A stretch of DNA of 64,000 nucleotides from an archaeon (GTDB lineage Archaea > B1Sed10-29 > JAVZDC01): positions 110,531-174,530 of the forward strand of contig JAVZDC010000002.1 in assembly GCA_038874115.1 (NCBI GenBank), written 5' to 3'. The notes below the pieces were generated by a model. The model was not told the DNA's origin. It saw only the letters and a program-made list of their open reading frames with translations, and did no database searches. The translations under genes were made by a program, and so were the position numbers. Of the stretch, positions 20,801 to 29,641 are shown in pieces. Each line of letters begins with the position of its first letter. Positions within the stretch are counted from its first letter, which is position 1.

Positions 20801-21667
20801 TTTATTATTTCTTATTATGATATTGTATGCTACATAAGTACCTATGTCATTGGTGGCGTTTACATAATTATCTTCGATTGTTATGTTCCTTGATGAGTCG
20901 GTGATTAAAAATCCAGTATCATAATAAGGCAAAACTGTGTTGTTTTTTATTATAATATTTGATGATGAAGAAAAAATGCGAATTGCTTGTGGCCAGTACC
21001 CAGACCCCAAATTCCCCCCCAGGAATATATTTGATGTAATGTTAATTCCATTGGAAGAAGCCAACTCTACGTGTCTGACCCAGCTATTGTTAAAATAATT
21101 GTTGTCTATCTTAGAATTTTGAACAGAATTTAACGAAATTCCTTTACTTATGTTGACAGCAGTAAAATTATTGTTTTTAATTAAATTTCCATCACCAGTT
21201 GATATGTATGTGAATGTGTTTGAACCAAGCTGATAATCTTGGAATTTATTATTCGATATATTTGTGTTGTTTAAGTTGGTCGCATAAACATAATACGTGT
21301 TACTTGGTTGATCGTAAATAAAGCAGTTTTCTATAGAAGAACTTGTAACGTTCGTGATATGAATGCTGTATGCCCAATTACTAAGATTAATATTTTTTAT
21401 GGTGACATTTGTTATCGCTCCGCCGTACACTTTTATACCATATGTATTTGCGGCATTTATACCGTCAATCACATGATAGTTACCGTTTAAAATCACGTTT
21501 GATGTTGTTATTTCGATGCAAGTTGCAGAATCATTGTTCAATACATCAGCTATTAAGTTGTATTCTCCCGGATATGTAATTACAGTACAACCGCTTATAT
21601 CGACAGTACACCCAATAACCACTAATAAAACAAAAAGTAAGCACACAATAAATATCTTAAGTTTCAT
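17879..21667 (-). CDS. large cell-surface protein with right-handed parallel beta-helix repeats, signal peptide and C-terminal TM anchor/sorting signal
   Basis: Start moved to MKLKIFIVCLLFVLLVVIGC (signal-peptide-like). Periodic ~22-aa repeats of the NNxIxxN/IxNNxF type (IKNNTVL, IEDNYVN, IRNNKFD, IYNNVFN…), very many N-x-S/T sequons; C-terminus PEDKLEF-ILTVLLTIFFLCL-HNKKEINKK (motif + hydrophobic helix + basic tail). Confidence 0.8.
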   Translation of the reverse strand: MKLKIFIVCLLFVLLVVIGCTVDISGCTVITYPGEYNLIADVLNNDSATCIEITTSNVILNGNYHVIDGINAANTYGIKVYGGAITNVTIKNINLSNWAYSIHITNVTSSSIENCFIYDQPSNTYYVYATNLNNTNISNNKFQDYQLGSNTFTYISTGDGNLIKNNNFTAVNISKGISLNSVQNSKIDNNYFNNSWVRHVELASSNGINITSNIFLGGNLGSGYWPQAIRIFSSSSNIIIKNNTVLPYYDTGFLITDSSRNITIEDNYVNATNDIGTYVAYNIIIRNNKFDTRSASLYAIGFRNSQNISIYNNVFNYTVRWLYVNGTQNVDFYNNTGYTSIAYSEYNESIFINNSAYVNITNNLLGLSSTINILEIYSSNWINIINNTILNYSGYGIYLNSAANLNVKNNKFYTPYSSPPIAHIYGYGVNSTNISFNELNSTNITYGIFLEANSLYNRIEYNSIYTLRGTGIYIKDSQNNTINNNTIICQPATSPKFYLGGEYYSNGIFLSSSHYNNVTGNQINASTNSLISTAYSTYNLIENNRLKEVSGSTSIAISSGSAFNVIRNNSICENVSVSCNLALLLIRCDNSGSCPHDNLITNNTFANNYKSTIEPWLGGAVITVSTRVISESPYNNTIVNNTIYSSSRGILFWNVTFPNYFYNNKIENMQNESIYLYNSSGIIFENNTIKSSLTSTPYHFFSYYSSNMTINNNIFNFTSNSISQIHMMLNASWNNNISNNVFECVNCSSAIYIAHDGVTTPIKQKITNNRINNFRDYGVYLASASNSTIFNNTISTNLPTSSIGISFPATTKGNNYYNVSSNIISGTKYAGIYSYVLTSSIFVDNKISPSSGYSLYSTSTWTRNNEFNNNSFSFFPLKMEGGPFNQTFVENIFENISDPGGAVQIIGFGGARDNTTENFTFYKNNITNVVIGFTINNVSIVSILNNNILNATLKGINLINTTNSNISNNFIKDSKYCIYLISSSNNTFANNSINNCTDLDFYSAQNSSENEIINLQSSEIKFSFLGKDVTVKSLNEENVPPNPSKHNNIRKWVDASNNSLDSWLFINFTYTDDEITNVDENTLRIWKYTGTWWNDSFFNINEVDAEHNAVYANITEFGSIFAPLGFDILPPNITDGPNVTTTINSATISWITDELTNYAITYSDGDGSWSVSSSHFDYYHQVALNNLRDGVTYFYNITIWDEAGNNHTYSGYNFTTPEVIEILYPAPEDKLEFILTVLLTIFFLCLHNKKEINKKLHLYLIN

Positions 21668-21717
21668 ACGCCTCTTTATTTTAAACATGTTTAAAAAATA
21701 TATCTTTTTCGAAGAGT

Positions 21718-22110
21718 TTAACAACAATTAATATTAATTTCTATTTTATCTTCTGTTACGTTTTCTTTCCAATCAAGCCCGTTTTCTTGAATATAAACTT
21801 TTTCATAACTTGCTTTGTTATTTTCCACATGTATCGTTTTTTGTTGTTGCGCTAAACAACCTTTGTATTCTAAAGTATAGTTTTTTCCATTTTCAAATTT
21901 TAATAAAAGATAACCTGCGTCATCTGTTTCTTTTTTCTCCCCATTTACATATATTTCTGCTTTTTCAGGGAATGCCAAACATTTGCCGTTTGTTAGATGA
22001 TACTTTACTATTTTTACCGGAATTAGCCCAACTGAAATCTGAGCTTGGCTGAGATAATACGCAAAAGCAATTATTCCAAGGATCAAAATCAACAAAATGA
22101 CTTCTTTCAT
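21718..22110 (-). CDS. hypothetical membrane-anchored protein (130 aa)
   Basis: N-terminal TM helix (VILLILILGIIAFAYYL), C-terminal Cys pair; immediately upstream of the beta-helix protein on the same strand. Confidence 0.55.
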   Translation of the reverse strand: MKEVILLILILGIIAFAYYLSQAQISVGLIPVKIVKYHLTNGKCLAFPEKAEIYVNGEKKETDDAGYLLLKFENGKNYTLEYKGCLAQQQKTIHVENNKASYEKVYIQENGLDWKENVTEDKIEININCC

Positions 22111-22124
22111 ATAGCTCCCTTAGA

Positions 22125-22199
22125 TGGTGGAGGCGGGCTTTGAACCCGCGACCTTCAGATTATGAGTCTGACGCTCTAACCGGGCTGAGCTACTCCACC
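22125..22199 (-). tRNA. tRNA with anticodon CAT (elongator Met or Ile2)
   Basis: Acceptor GGTGGAG/CTCCACC, D-arm GCTC…GAGC, anticodon stem TCAGA/TCTGA with loop CTCATAA. G1-C72 argues against an initiator tRNA. Confidence 0.75.
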
Positions 22200-22201
22200 G
22201 A

Positions 22202-22274
22202 TGGGTCTGGCAGGATTTGAACCTGCGATCTCCGCCTTGTGAAAGCGGCGTCATAACCCCTAGACCACAGACCC
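22202..22274 (-). tRNA. tRNA-Val (anticodon CAC)
   Basis: Acceptor GGGTCTG/CAGACCC, anticodon stem CCGCT/GGCGG with loop TTCACAA, T-arm GCAGG-TTCAAAT-CCTGC. Confidence 0.8.
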
Positions 22275-22276
22275 TT

Positions 22277-22368
22277 TAGCCCCGGGAGGATTCGAACCTC
22301 CGTCTGAAGGTATCTCCTCAATAAAGCAATCCAGAGCCTTCCATCCTTGTCCACTAGACGACGGGGCT
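22277..22368 (-). tRNA. tRNA-Gln (anticodon CTG) with ~19-nt intron
   Basis: A1-U72 acceptor AGCCCCG/CGGGGCT (common in archaeal tRNA-Gln), anticodon stem GAAGG/CCTTC, loop CTCTGG + intron ATTGCTTTATTGAGGAGAT, T-arm GGAGG-TTCGAAT-CCTCC. Exact intron boundaries uncertain. Confidence 0.65.
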
Positions 22369-22393
22369 TTGAATATGATTATTCTTCCAAGAT

Positions 22394-23599
22394 TTATTTA
22401 TTTTTTATTTTTTGTATCATATTATACGTGAAATAAAATCCAACAAATACCGTTATTACACTCATTACTATTATTGATGAAAATTGCAAAGTATCTAGAA
22501 TGGCAAGTTGAAGACCTATTTGTGCGATAACTAGACCAAGCTCTCCTCTAGGTATCAATCCACAACCGACGATAAAGCTTTCTTTTTTATTCATGTTTAT
22601 TATTTTTCCTCCAAGATACGCACCCACGATTTTTCCCCATATAGCAGTTAAAACATAAAGGAAGACAAAAATAATTGCACTCGCTTCAACAAACAAACTA
22701 GAAATATTTACAGCAAGACCAAGAGTAAAAAAGAAGATTGGGAAAAACAAGCTTTCTCCAATCTCAGTTATTATTTTTAAAAGTTCTTCTTTATATTTTG
22801 GATAAATGCTACTCAATGCAACTCCAGCAAAAAAAGCGCCAAAAGGAGCATCGTAGAGAAATTGAGCAAAAATGGCGCTGAAGAAGAACATAAAGGAAAA
22901 AGCCAAAGTTATTCTTGTTTGAGGACCAGGATACCCAAACTTATCAAATATCCATCGAATTATTTTTGGCAGTACAAAATAAGCAGCTAAAATACATATA
23001 CCAAGTAAACCTATGACCCCAAGTATCGCAGGAAGATCTACATGTGAAATATGCATCCCTCTTCCGGTAGTTAGCACGCTTATCAAGAGAATTCCTATGA
23101 TATTGTCCAACATCGCAGCAGCGTGCAAGACATGTGCAACCTCTGTTTTTATTTTATGTGCGCTAATCGTTGCAGCCATGGTTGTTGAAGTTGCGGTAAC
23201 TATTGTAGCCGCGATTATGATAACGATTTGACTTATGGAAAAATAAAATAAAACTGAAATCATGAATACAAAAATTCCGGAGAAAAAAATTCCTAAAAAA
23301 GAAATCAAGATGGCTTTTTTTAAGTAAAACATCATTCTGGATGCGTGTGTTTCCAACCCGACTAAAAATAAGATTAGCATCGAACCCAATAAAGATAGAA
23401 AACTCAACCATTCAGGCATTTTTTGATATTCGATAAAACCTATTCCCGAACTTCCAAGCAAAATTCCAATTAGAATACATCCAAGCAAAGGAGAAATTTT
23501 TAATTTTTTTTGAAAAACAGAAAATACGAGAACCCCAGTTAATACAAGCAGAATCCCATAAAGACTTATCGCACTCTCACTAACCATATTCTTTTTCAA
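22394..23599 (-). CDS. monovalent cation:proton antiporter (CPA2/Kef-NapA type)
   Basis: 401 aa, ~11-12 predicted TM helices, glycine-rich helix pattern typical of Na+(K+)/H+ exchangers. Confidence 0.7.
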   Translation of the reverse strand: MKKNMVSESAISLYGILLVLTGVLVFSVFQKKLKISPLLGCILIGILLGSSGIGFIEYQKMPEWLSFLSLLGSMLILFLVGLETHASRMMFYLKKAILISFLGIFFSGIFVFMISVLFYFSISQIVIIIAATIVTATSTTMAATISAHKIKTEVAHVLHAAAMLDNIIGILLISVLTTGRGMHISHVDLPAILGVIGLLGICILAAYFVLPKIIRWIFDKFGYPGPQTRITLAFSFMFFFSAIFAQFLYDAPFGAFFAGVALSSIYPKYKEELLKIITEIGESLFFPIFFFTLGLAVNISSLFVEASAIIFVFLYVLTAIWGKIVGAYLGGKIINMNKKESFIVGCGLIPRGELGLVIAQIGLQLAILDTLQFSSIIVMSVITVFVGFYFTYNMIQKIKNK

Positions 23600-25826
23600 C
23601 CTTTCCTATCATTAATCTTGTTCTGTTAATAACGTCTGGGTTAACTGAAATAGCATCGATTTTATTTTTCACTAAAAATTCACAATATTCAGGATACTCG
23701 CTTGGAGCTTGCCCACAAATAGAAACAGTTTTTCCACACAAATGAGCTCTTTTTATAAGATCGGCAATAGCTTTTTTTACAGCTTCGTTTCTTTCATCAA
23801 AAACTCCTTTCTTTGCAAGCATTTCTGAGTCTCGATCAACCCCTAAAATTAACTGAGTTAAGTCATTACTTCCTATGGAAAAACCATCACAATATTTACT
23901 AAATTCTTCGACTAAAATAATGTTGGCTGGAGTTTCTGCCATTAAATAAAGATGCATTTTCTTTAAATCAAGCCCAGATTCTTCCAGAATTTCTCTTATT
24001 CTTTTAACTTCTGCAATAGTTCTTGGAAAAGGAAGCATAACATGTAAATTATCATACTTTTTTCTCACTTGTTTCACAATTTCGATCTCAAGTCTGAATG
24101 CTTTTTCATATTCTGGCGAAATATATCTCGAACAACCTCTCCAACCTATCATTGGATTTTGTTCTATAGGTTCATATTTTTCTCCGCCTTTTAAACTTCG
24201 ATACTCATTTGATTTTAAATCTGAAAACCTTAAAATTACTGGTCTTGGATAAAATGCTTTTGTTACTTTAGAAATCTCTCTGACCATGAATTTTATAAAT
24301 TTGTCTTCTTCATGTTTCTCTAAAATGTATAAAGGATGTTCTCCATATTGGGCAAGTAAGAATTCTAACCTAAATAAGCCCACCCCATCCACGTTTTCTT
24401 TTGCAATTTTCTCTGCAAGATCCGGTATCGCTAAATTAACGTACACTTTTGTCTTTGTTTTCAAAGTTACTTTTTCTTCTTTCTTTTCTTCAATTTTTAA
24501 AATTCCTCTGTACACCTTTCCCGACGTTCCATCTACAGTAACTTCTTCATTATCGGTCAGCATTTTTGTAGCATTTTCAGTTCCCGTGACGCATGGAATC
24601 CCTAACTCTCTAGATACAATCGCAGCATGACTTGTAACGCCACCAAGATCGGTTATTATTGCCGCAGCTTTTTTCATCACAGGTACCATGTCAGGATTTG
24701 TCATCGTAGTGACTAGTATGTCTCCCTTTTCTATTTTTATAATGTCTTTTATTGATCTTAGAATTTTTACTTTGCCAGCCGCAACTCCTGGAGAAGCCCC
24801 AAGACCTTGAATAATTACTTCTCCTTTCAGTTTTTCCGTAGTTATTTTTTCTTTTCTTTCACTCCAGACGGTTTCCGGTCTTGTTTGTAAGATATATATT
24901 TTATTTTTCTCTAAAGCCCATTCAATATCCTGTGGTACTCCATAATGTTTTTCTAAGAGCAAACCGTATTTTGCAAGTTCTTTTATTTTTTCATCAGGTA
25001 TGACTTGTTTCTTACTGATATTTTTTGGGACAGAGACTTGGATCGTTCCTTGCCCCTCTCTCCTGACTAGCGCAATTTTTTTATCAGAAATCTTCTTTTC
25101 GGTTATAGTTAAATCTTTTTTCCTAACTAAAAATAAATCAGGGATTACTTTTCCTTGTACTATGTATTCTCCAAGCCCATACGAGCCTTCTATAGATATT
25201 ACACTTTCATCCCCATTCTCCACGTTTAAGGTGAACATTACTCCTGAGCTTTCTGAAAAAACCATTTTTTGAACTATTGCACTTAAAGCAACTTTTTCAT
25301 GTGGGAAACCTTTTTGAATTCTATAAAATATGGCCCTATCTGTGAAAAGAGAAGCATAGCACATTAAAATTTTCTTTAAAACTTCTTTCCATCCTTTTAC
25401 GTTTAAATAAGTTTCTTGTTGTCCAGCAAAAGAAGCTCCAGGCAAATCTTCCGCAGTTGCAGAAGATCTGATTGCAACGTAAGGATCTTTCTCGTTGGCA
25501 ATTTTTCCTAATTTTTCATACGCAAGCTTTATTTCTTCCATTAATTCTTTTGGAATTCTGCAACTTAGAATCAAACTTCTTACTTTAGCTCCAACTTTCT
25601 TTATGGTTTTTGTATCGTTAGGGTCTTTTATTTTATCCAATTCTTTTTTTATTGCAGACCAAATCTTATTTCGTTTTAAGAAAAATCGATATGCTTCGGC
25701 AGTTGTTGCAAACCCAGGCGGAACAGGAAGTTTTAAAGATACCATTTCCCCTAAATTTGCTGTTTTCCCTCCAACAATTCCCACATCTTCTTTTGAAATT
25801 TCATTAAAAAAACGTATGTATCGCAT
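23580..25826 (-). CDS. ppsA: phosphoenolpyruvate synthase (pyruvate, water dikinase)
   Basis: 748 aa; N-terminal ATP-grasp region (GGKTANLGEM), phospho-histidine domain GGVTSHAAIVSRELGIPCVTG, C-terminal PEP-utilising domain. Confidence 0.9.
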   Translation of the reverse strand: MRYIRFFNEISKEDVGIVGGKTANLGEMVSLKLPVPPGFATTAEAYRFFLKRNKIWSAIKKELDKIKDPNDTKTIKKVGAKVRSLILSCRIPKELMEEIKLAYEKLGKIANEKDPYVAIRSSATAEDLPGASFAGQQETYLNVKGWKEVLKKILMCYASLFTDRAIFYRIQKGFPHEKVALSAIVQKMVFSESSGVMFTLNVENGDESVISIEGSYGLGEYIVQGKVIPDLFLVRKKDLTITEKKISDKKIALVRREGQGTIQVSVPKNISKKQVIPDEKIKELAKYGLLLEKHYGVPQDIEWALEKNKIYILQTRPETVWSERKEKITTEKLKGEVIIQGLGASPGVAAGKVKILRSIKDIIKIEKGDILVTTMTNPDMVPVMKKAAAIITDLGGVTSHAAIVSRELGIPCVTGTENATKMLTDNEEVTVDGTSGKVYRGILKIEEKKEEKVTLKTKTKVYVNLAIPDLAEKIAKENVDGVGLFRLEFLLAQYGEHPLYILEKHEEDKFIKFMVREISKVTKAFYPRPVILRFSDLKSNEYRSLKGGEKYEPIEQNPMIGWRGCSRYISPEYEKAFRLEIEIVKQVRKKYDNLHVMLPFPRTIAEVKRIREILEESGLDLKKMHLYLMAETPANIILVEEFSKYCDGFSIGSNDLTQLILGVDRDSEMLAKKGVFDERNEAVKKAIADLIKRAHLCGKTVSICGQAPSEYPEYCEFLVKNKIDAISVNPDVINRTRLMIGKVEKEYG

Positions 25827-25934
25827 CTATTAAATTTGAAACATGCGAACTTTATAAATTTTTTTATTGCTCAAGATAAATCTTTTTAAGTAAGAAATCA
25901 TTAAAAAATTAACAATGATTAAGAGGTGGATACG

Positions 25935-26174
25935 ATGGCTAACGAAAGCACAAAACCACAATATCAAACTCTTGATTCGAAAGAATATAAGTATGGAAAC
26001 AACTTTATCGAGGTTGCGAAGAAATTAGTCGTAGGTGAAAATGCGGAATTCATCTCCATTTCAAAAGGTTTCTATACAAAAGCGGGGATAAAAAAATACA
26101 CAACTACGATTGGGTTTCCTTCATCAGATGTTCAATTGAAGGAATTTTTAATTAACGCTTTGAATTCTTTTTAA
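25935..26174 (+). CDS. hypothetical protein (79 aa)
   Basis: ATG preceded by GAGGTG; no family recognised; KGFY segment resembles the 17440..17787 ORF. Confidence 0.5.
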   Translation: MANESTKPQYQTLDSKEYKYGNNFIEVAKKLVVGENAEFISISKGFYTKAGIKKYTTTIGFPSSDVQLKEFLINALNSF

Positions 26175-26445
26175 TTTTTTCTTTAGCTGCGATCTGCGAT
26201 CCATAAATTCCCAAAATTCCTACTGGAAGACTGAGAAATCCGCATATTAAAGCCAGGCCGGTTGCTAAATCTCTTTTCCAGTCCAATAAAAAAGCAGAGA
26301 TTATCGATATTATCCCTATAAAAGCAAGGCCAAGTCTAACATACGGAAAAGTAGTTACTCCCAAAAATAATATCAATAATATCATTAATAATGTCCAAAT
26401 CACACCGTTTGCTAAAATATAAACTGAAGCTTTTGAAAACCGCAT
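26152..26445 (-). CDS. hypothetical small membrane protein (97 aa, 3 TM)
   Basis: Three hydrophobic helices and a basic C-terminus; no homology recognised. Confidence 0.5.
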   Translation of the reverse strand: MRFSKASVYILANGVIWTLLMILLILFLGVTTFPYVRLGLAFIGIISIISAFLLDWKRDLATGLALICGFLSLPVGILGIYGSQIAAKEKIKKNSKR

Positions 26446-26493
26446 ATATTTTTTTGCTTTTTCAACTTTTTATAAATTTTCATTCTTGATTTT

Positions 26494-27258
26494 TTATTTC
26501 GACAAAAGCCGAAAAAATTCGATAGCGTTCTGCCCGCACCGTTCCCAAACAGTTTTATATTCCAATTTTTTTATTTTCGCAATCTCCTCGCACACTATCT
26601 TTATGTTAAGCGGAGTGCCTCGTTCAGATCCGCCAAACCAAGGAGAATCTGTTTCGAGTAGTATTCTTTCTAAAGGAAAATCTCTAGCAATTTTTTTATA
26701 ATCTTTAGATGTTTTTATTATCGGACCTATAGAGATATACCATCCTTCTTCAATAACTTCGTTTAAGAAATTTCTTTTTCCAAAAAGATGTAAAAGAACT
26801 TTTTTTACTTTGCCTTCCTTTAATATATTTAAAGCATCCGAAGCAACGTTTTCTTTTCCACGGATATGTACGACTAAAGGCTTATCCAATTTTTTTGAAA
26901 GCTCAATAGTTTCTTTAAAAAGAATTCTTTGTTTTTCTCTCCATTCTTCTTCTTGTATCCAATAATAATCCAAGCCAGTTTCTCCTATTCCAACGATTTT
27001 ATTTTTTTCTTTCTCTATTTTTTCAAAAAACTTCTTTTTTATTTCTTCATCTATATTTTTTATAAATTCAGGGTGTATCCCGGCGCAAAGAAAAACAAAG
27101 TCTGGATACTTCTTTATGATGTCTAGACTTTTTTCAAAGTCAGAAGGATGGGCACAGCAAGTTACCACAGCCATTAATTCTTTTTTCCATTCTTTTATTA
27201 ATTCATCCAAATCTTTATCAAAATCCTTTTGTTCAAGATGACAATGGGCATCAATCAT
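26494..27258 (-). CDS. tatD: TatD-family metal-dependent hydrolase/DNase
   Basis: 254 aa; N-terminal MIDAHCHL metal-binding motif and TatD-like conserved His/Asp/Glu pattern. Confidence 0.85.
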   Translation of the reverse strand: MIDAHCHLEQKDFDKDLDELIKEWKKELMAVVTCCAHPSDFEKSLDIIKKYPDFVFLCAGIHPEFIKNIDEEIKKKFFEKIEKEKNKIVGIGETGLDYYWIQEEEWREKQRILFKETIELSKKLDKPLVVHIRGKENVASDALNILKEGKVKKVLLHLFGKRNFLNEVIEEGWYISIGPIIKTSKDYKKIARDFPLERILLETDSPWFGGSERGTPLNIKIVCEEIAKIKKLEYKTVWERCGQNAIEFFRLLSK

Positions 27259-27324
27259 GTTTTTATTAAAAAAGCATATGTTTTTAAACTTTAATTTTTA
27301 TTATTTTTACTGAAAGGTGAGTTT

Positions 27325-27609
27325 TTGCAAATAAAAGATTTGAGTGCCGGACTTTGTGACGGCCCATTAGAAGCAACGGTTTCTAATCTCTCAGATAAGA
27401 AAAAAGTTCAAACAAGATATGGGGAAAGAACCGTTAGAACCGCCACTCTTTCTGACGAAAGTGGAGATATAGAGCTTACTCTTTGGGGAGATCAAGGAGA
27501 AGGATTGGAGATTGGAGATCAGGTCAAAATTACGAATTTTTTTGTCAAAGAGTGGAACGGAAAGCTTCAGATGAGCTTAGGAAAGTCTGGAGAACTCAAA
27601 AAAATTTAA
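27325..27609 (+). CDS. small OB-fold nucleic-acid-binding protein (SSB/RPA-like)
   Basis: 94 aa with OB-fold-like pattern (…TLSDESGDIELTLWGDQ…KITN…WNGKLQMSL); apparent TTG start preceded by AAAGGTGA. Confidence 0.55.
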   Translation: MQIKDLSAGLCDGPLEATVSNLSDKKKVQTRYGERTVRTATLSDESGDIELTLWGDQGEGLEIGDQVKITNFFVKEWNGKLQMSLGKSGELKKI

Positions 27610-27620
27610 AGGTGAATTTG

Positions 27621-27923
27621 ATGCAAGGGTTTGGTAGAAAATTTAGACAGAGAAGAAATTTTAGGATGCCTAAACCGGTTAACGTTGGAGATGAACTCGA
27701 CGTAGAAATTTTAGAGACCGGGGCCAAAGGAGATGGATTAGCAAAAAAAGATAATTTTGTAATCTTTGTCCCTGGAACTCAAAAAGGAGAAAAAGTTCAC
27801 ATCAGAATAGTAAAAGTATTGGATAAATCAGCGATTGGAGAGGTTGTTCAAGCAGAATCTTCTCAATCTGCGGAAAAATTGGATATAGAGAATCCAGAAT
27901 TTGAAGAAGAAATAGAAGAATAA
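27621..27923 (+). CDS. TRAM-domain protein
   Basis: MQGFGRKF…VGDELDVEILETGAKGDGLAKKDNFVIFVPGTQKGEKVHIRIVKV is a classical stand-alone TRAM domain; ATG at 27621 preceded by AGGTGA. The longer track ORF from 27483 is judged an upstream extension. Confidence 0.75.
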   Translation: MQGFGRKFRQRRNFRMPKPVNVGDELDVEILETGAKGDGLAKKDNFVIFVPGTQKGEKVHIRIVKVLDKSAIGEVVQAESSQSAEKLDIENPEFEEEIEE

Positions 27924-27964
27924 AACTTTTTTATTTTTCTTTTTCTATATTAATTAAATCAGTA

Positions 27965-28035
27965 GCGCCAATAGTCTAGTGGTAGGACGGAGGCTTCCCA
28001 AGCCTCTAACCCGGGTTCGAATCCCGGTTGGCGCA
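27965..28035 (+). tRNA. tRNA-Gly (anticodon CCC)
   Basis: Acceptor GCGCCAA/TTGGCGC, anticodon stem GAGGC/GCCTC with loop TTCCCAA, T-arm CCGGG-TTCGAAT-CCCGG. Confidence 0.8.
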
Positions 28036-28047
28036 TCTACAAAGCTA

Positions 28048-28941
28048 TTAGTTTGTTGAATTTTTTCTAATTTTAATATCAAAAACAACTTGCTCAACTC
28101 TTGGCGCATACGTTCTTACTATTCTTTTATTTGTAATTTCCCATTCAACATTTTTTAATTTCTCCTCAACCTTTTTTTCTAATTCTTCGAACGGATTTTC
28201 TTCAGAACCAAACCCATAAATGTGAATATATCCTACTTCTTTTAGGCATTCTAACGCACTTTCTAAAAAGTCAGGAGCATTTTTCGGTAAAGGCATTATT
28301 ACACGATCGCATTTTTCAATTTCTTTCGCTTTTTCTTTCACGTCTCCAAAAATAGGAACTATTTTTCCAACCATCTTATTTAATTTTATATTTTCTTCAA
28401 AGTACTTGTAAGCATCAGGATTTAATTCTATTCCATAAATTTTCGAGACAAGAGGTTGTTTTTTTCCAATCACCAAAGCAAAAGGACCAACTCCGGCAAA
28501 GAATACAGCTACTTTTTCACCAGGTTTTACTAGATTTGCTATCCTTTCCCGTTCGAAACTTAGTCTTGGGCTAAAATAAACCTTATTGACATCTAATTTC
28601 ATTAATACTCCTGATTCTTTGTGAATGGTTTCTGTTTTATTTTCTCCAGCAATAATCGTACAAGGCCGAATTCTAAACGGCCCTTCATGAATACCTGCTT
28701 TTTTACAAACAGTTTTTACATGTTTTAAATTTTCTAAAATCTTTTCCCCAATAATCTTCTCAAATTCTTTCAATTCATCTGGGATTTCAATCACTACGAT
28801 ATTCCCGATTATATCGAAACTTTGAACCAACTTTTCTAATTTTTCATCAGGTATGATCCCTTTCAAAGTTTCTTTCAATCTCATATTCTCATCCAAAAGC
28901 TTTTCGAAGCTCAACCCCTTTTTCCATACAAATTTTTTCAA
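28048..28941 (-). CDS. trm5: tRNA (guanine37-N1)-methyltransferase, Trm5/TYW2 family
   Basis: Class I SAM-MTase fold (VFFAGVGPFA) with NPDA/NLPK-type motif (IYGIELNPDAYKYFEENIKLNK…MPLPK). An internal ATG at 28884 would remove the overlap with the upstream gene. Confidence 0.75.
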   Translation of the reverse strand: MKKFVWKKGLSFEKLLDENMRLKETLKGIIPDEKLEKLVQSFDIIGNIVVIEIPDELKEFEKIIGEKILENLKHVKTVCKKAGIHEGPFRIRPCTIIAGENKTETIHKESGVLMKLDVNKVYFSPRLSFERERIANLVKPGEKVAVFFAGVGPFALVIGKKQPLVSKIYGIELNPDAYKYFEENIKLNKMVGKIVPIFGDVKEKAKEIEKCDRVIMPLPKNAPDFLESALECLKEVGYIHIYGFGSEENPFEELEKKVEEKLKNVEWEITNKRIVRTYAPRVEQVVFDIKIRKNSTN

Positions 28942-29641
28942 TCTCTTCTACTTTTTCTTTTGGAAACTTATTCAAAAAATCTAAGGTTTTTTCATCTTTT
29001 ATCGCGGACTTTATTCTTTCCCACAGAATAGGCTTTTTTCTAAATTTATCCACGTATACCAAGTCGATGAAATCAATGCATTTTTCCAAAATTTCTTTCG
29101 GGTTTGTGGATGGAAGAATGGGCCCAATAAAAAGAAAAGTTTTAATTCCAATATCATGAAAATTTTTTAAAACTTCTATTCTTTTTTCAGGCGTATCTGC
29201 TTTTGGTTCAAACGTTTGCCAATTTTCCAAACTTGTTATTGTGATCCCGATTTCAGAGTCCATCTCAGATATTATTTTTATGTCCCTAAGAATTAAACTA
29301 CTTTTTGTTTGAATACAAACCGGGATGTCAAATTCTTTCAAAATCTCTAAACACTTTCTCGTAATTTCGTATTTTTTTTCTACTGGTTGATAACAATCGG
29401 TCACTGTTCCAAAACCAATTACTCCCTTTTCCAATTTTTCTAAATCCTTTTTAAAAACCTCAAAAAAATTTATTTTTACATCCACAAATTTTCCCCATTC
29501 TCTTTTTTCGTGTAGTACGTCTTGGCTGTAGCAATAAATACATCCGTGTTCGCATCCGCGATAGGGATTACAAGCATAATTAAGGCCTGGAAGTTTGCTT
29601 TTAGAGATCGCACTTTTTACATTCACTTCTTTTATAATCAT
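28889..29641 (-). CDS. radical SAM protein (SplB/DNA-photolyase-like family)
   Basis: 250 aa; N-terminal CxxxCxxC cluster in NPYRGCEHGCIYCYSQ, as in SplB-like radical SAM enzymes. Confidence 0.7.
   Translation of the reverse strand: MIIKEVNVKSAISKSKLPGLNYACNPYRGCEHGCIYCYSQDVLHEKREWGKFVDVKINFFEVFKKDLEKLEKGVIGFGTVTDCYQPVEKKYEITRKCLEILKEFDIPVCIQTKSSLILRDIKIISEMDSEIGITITSLENWQTFEPKADTPEKRIEVLKNFHDIGIKTFLFIGPILPSTNPKEILEKCIDFIDLVYVDKFRKKPILWERIKSAIKDEKTLDFLNKFPKEKVEEIEKICMEKGVELRKAFG

Noticed and set aside
27483-27620. N-terminal extension of the TRAM ORF as given in the track (start 27483)
   Set aside because: It overlaps the OB-fold gene in another frame; the TRAM domain begins at the internal ATG 27621, which has its own Shine-Dalgarno-like AGGTGA.
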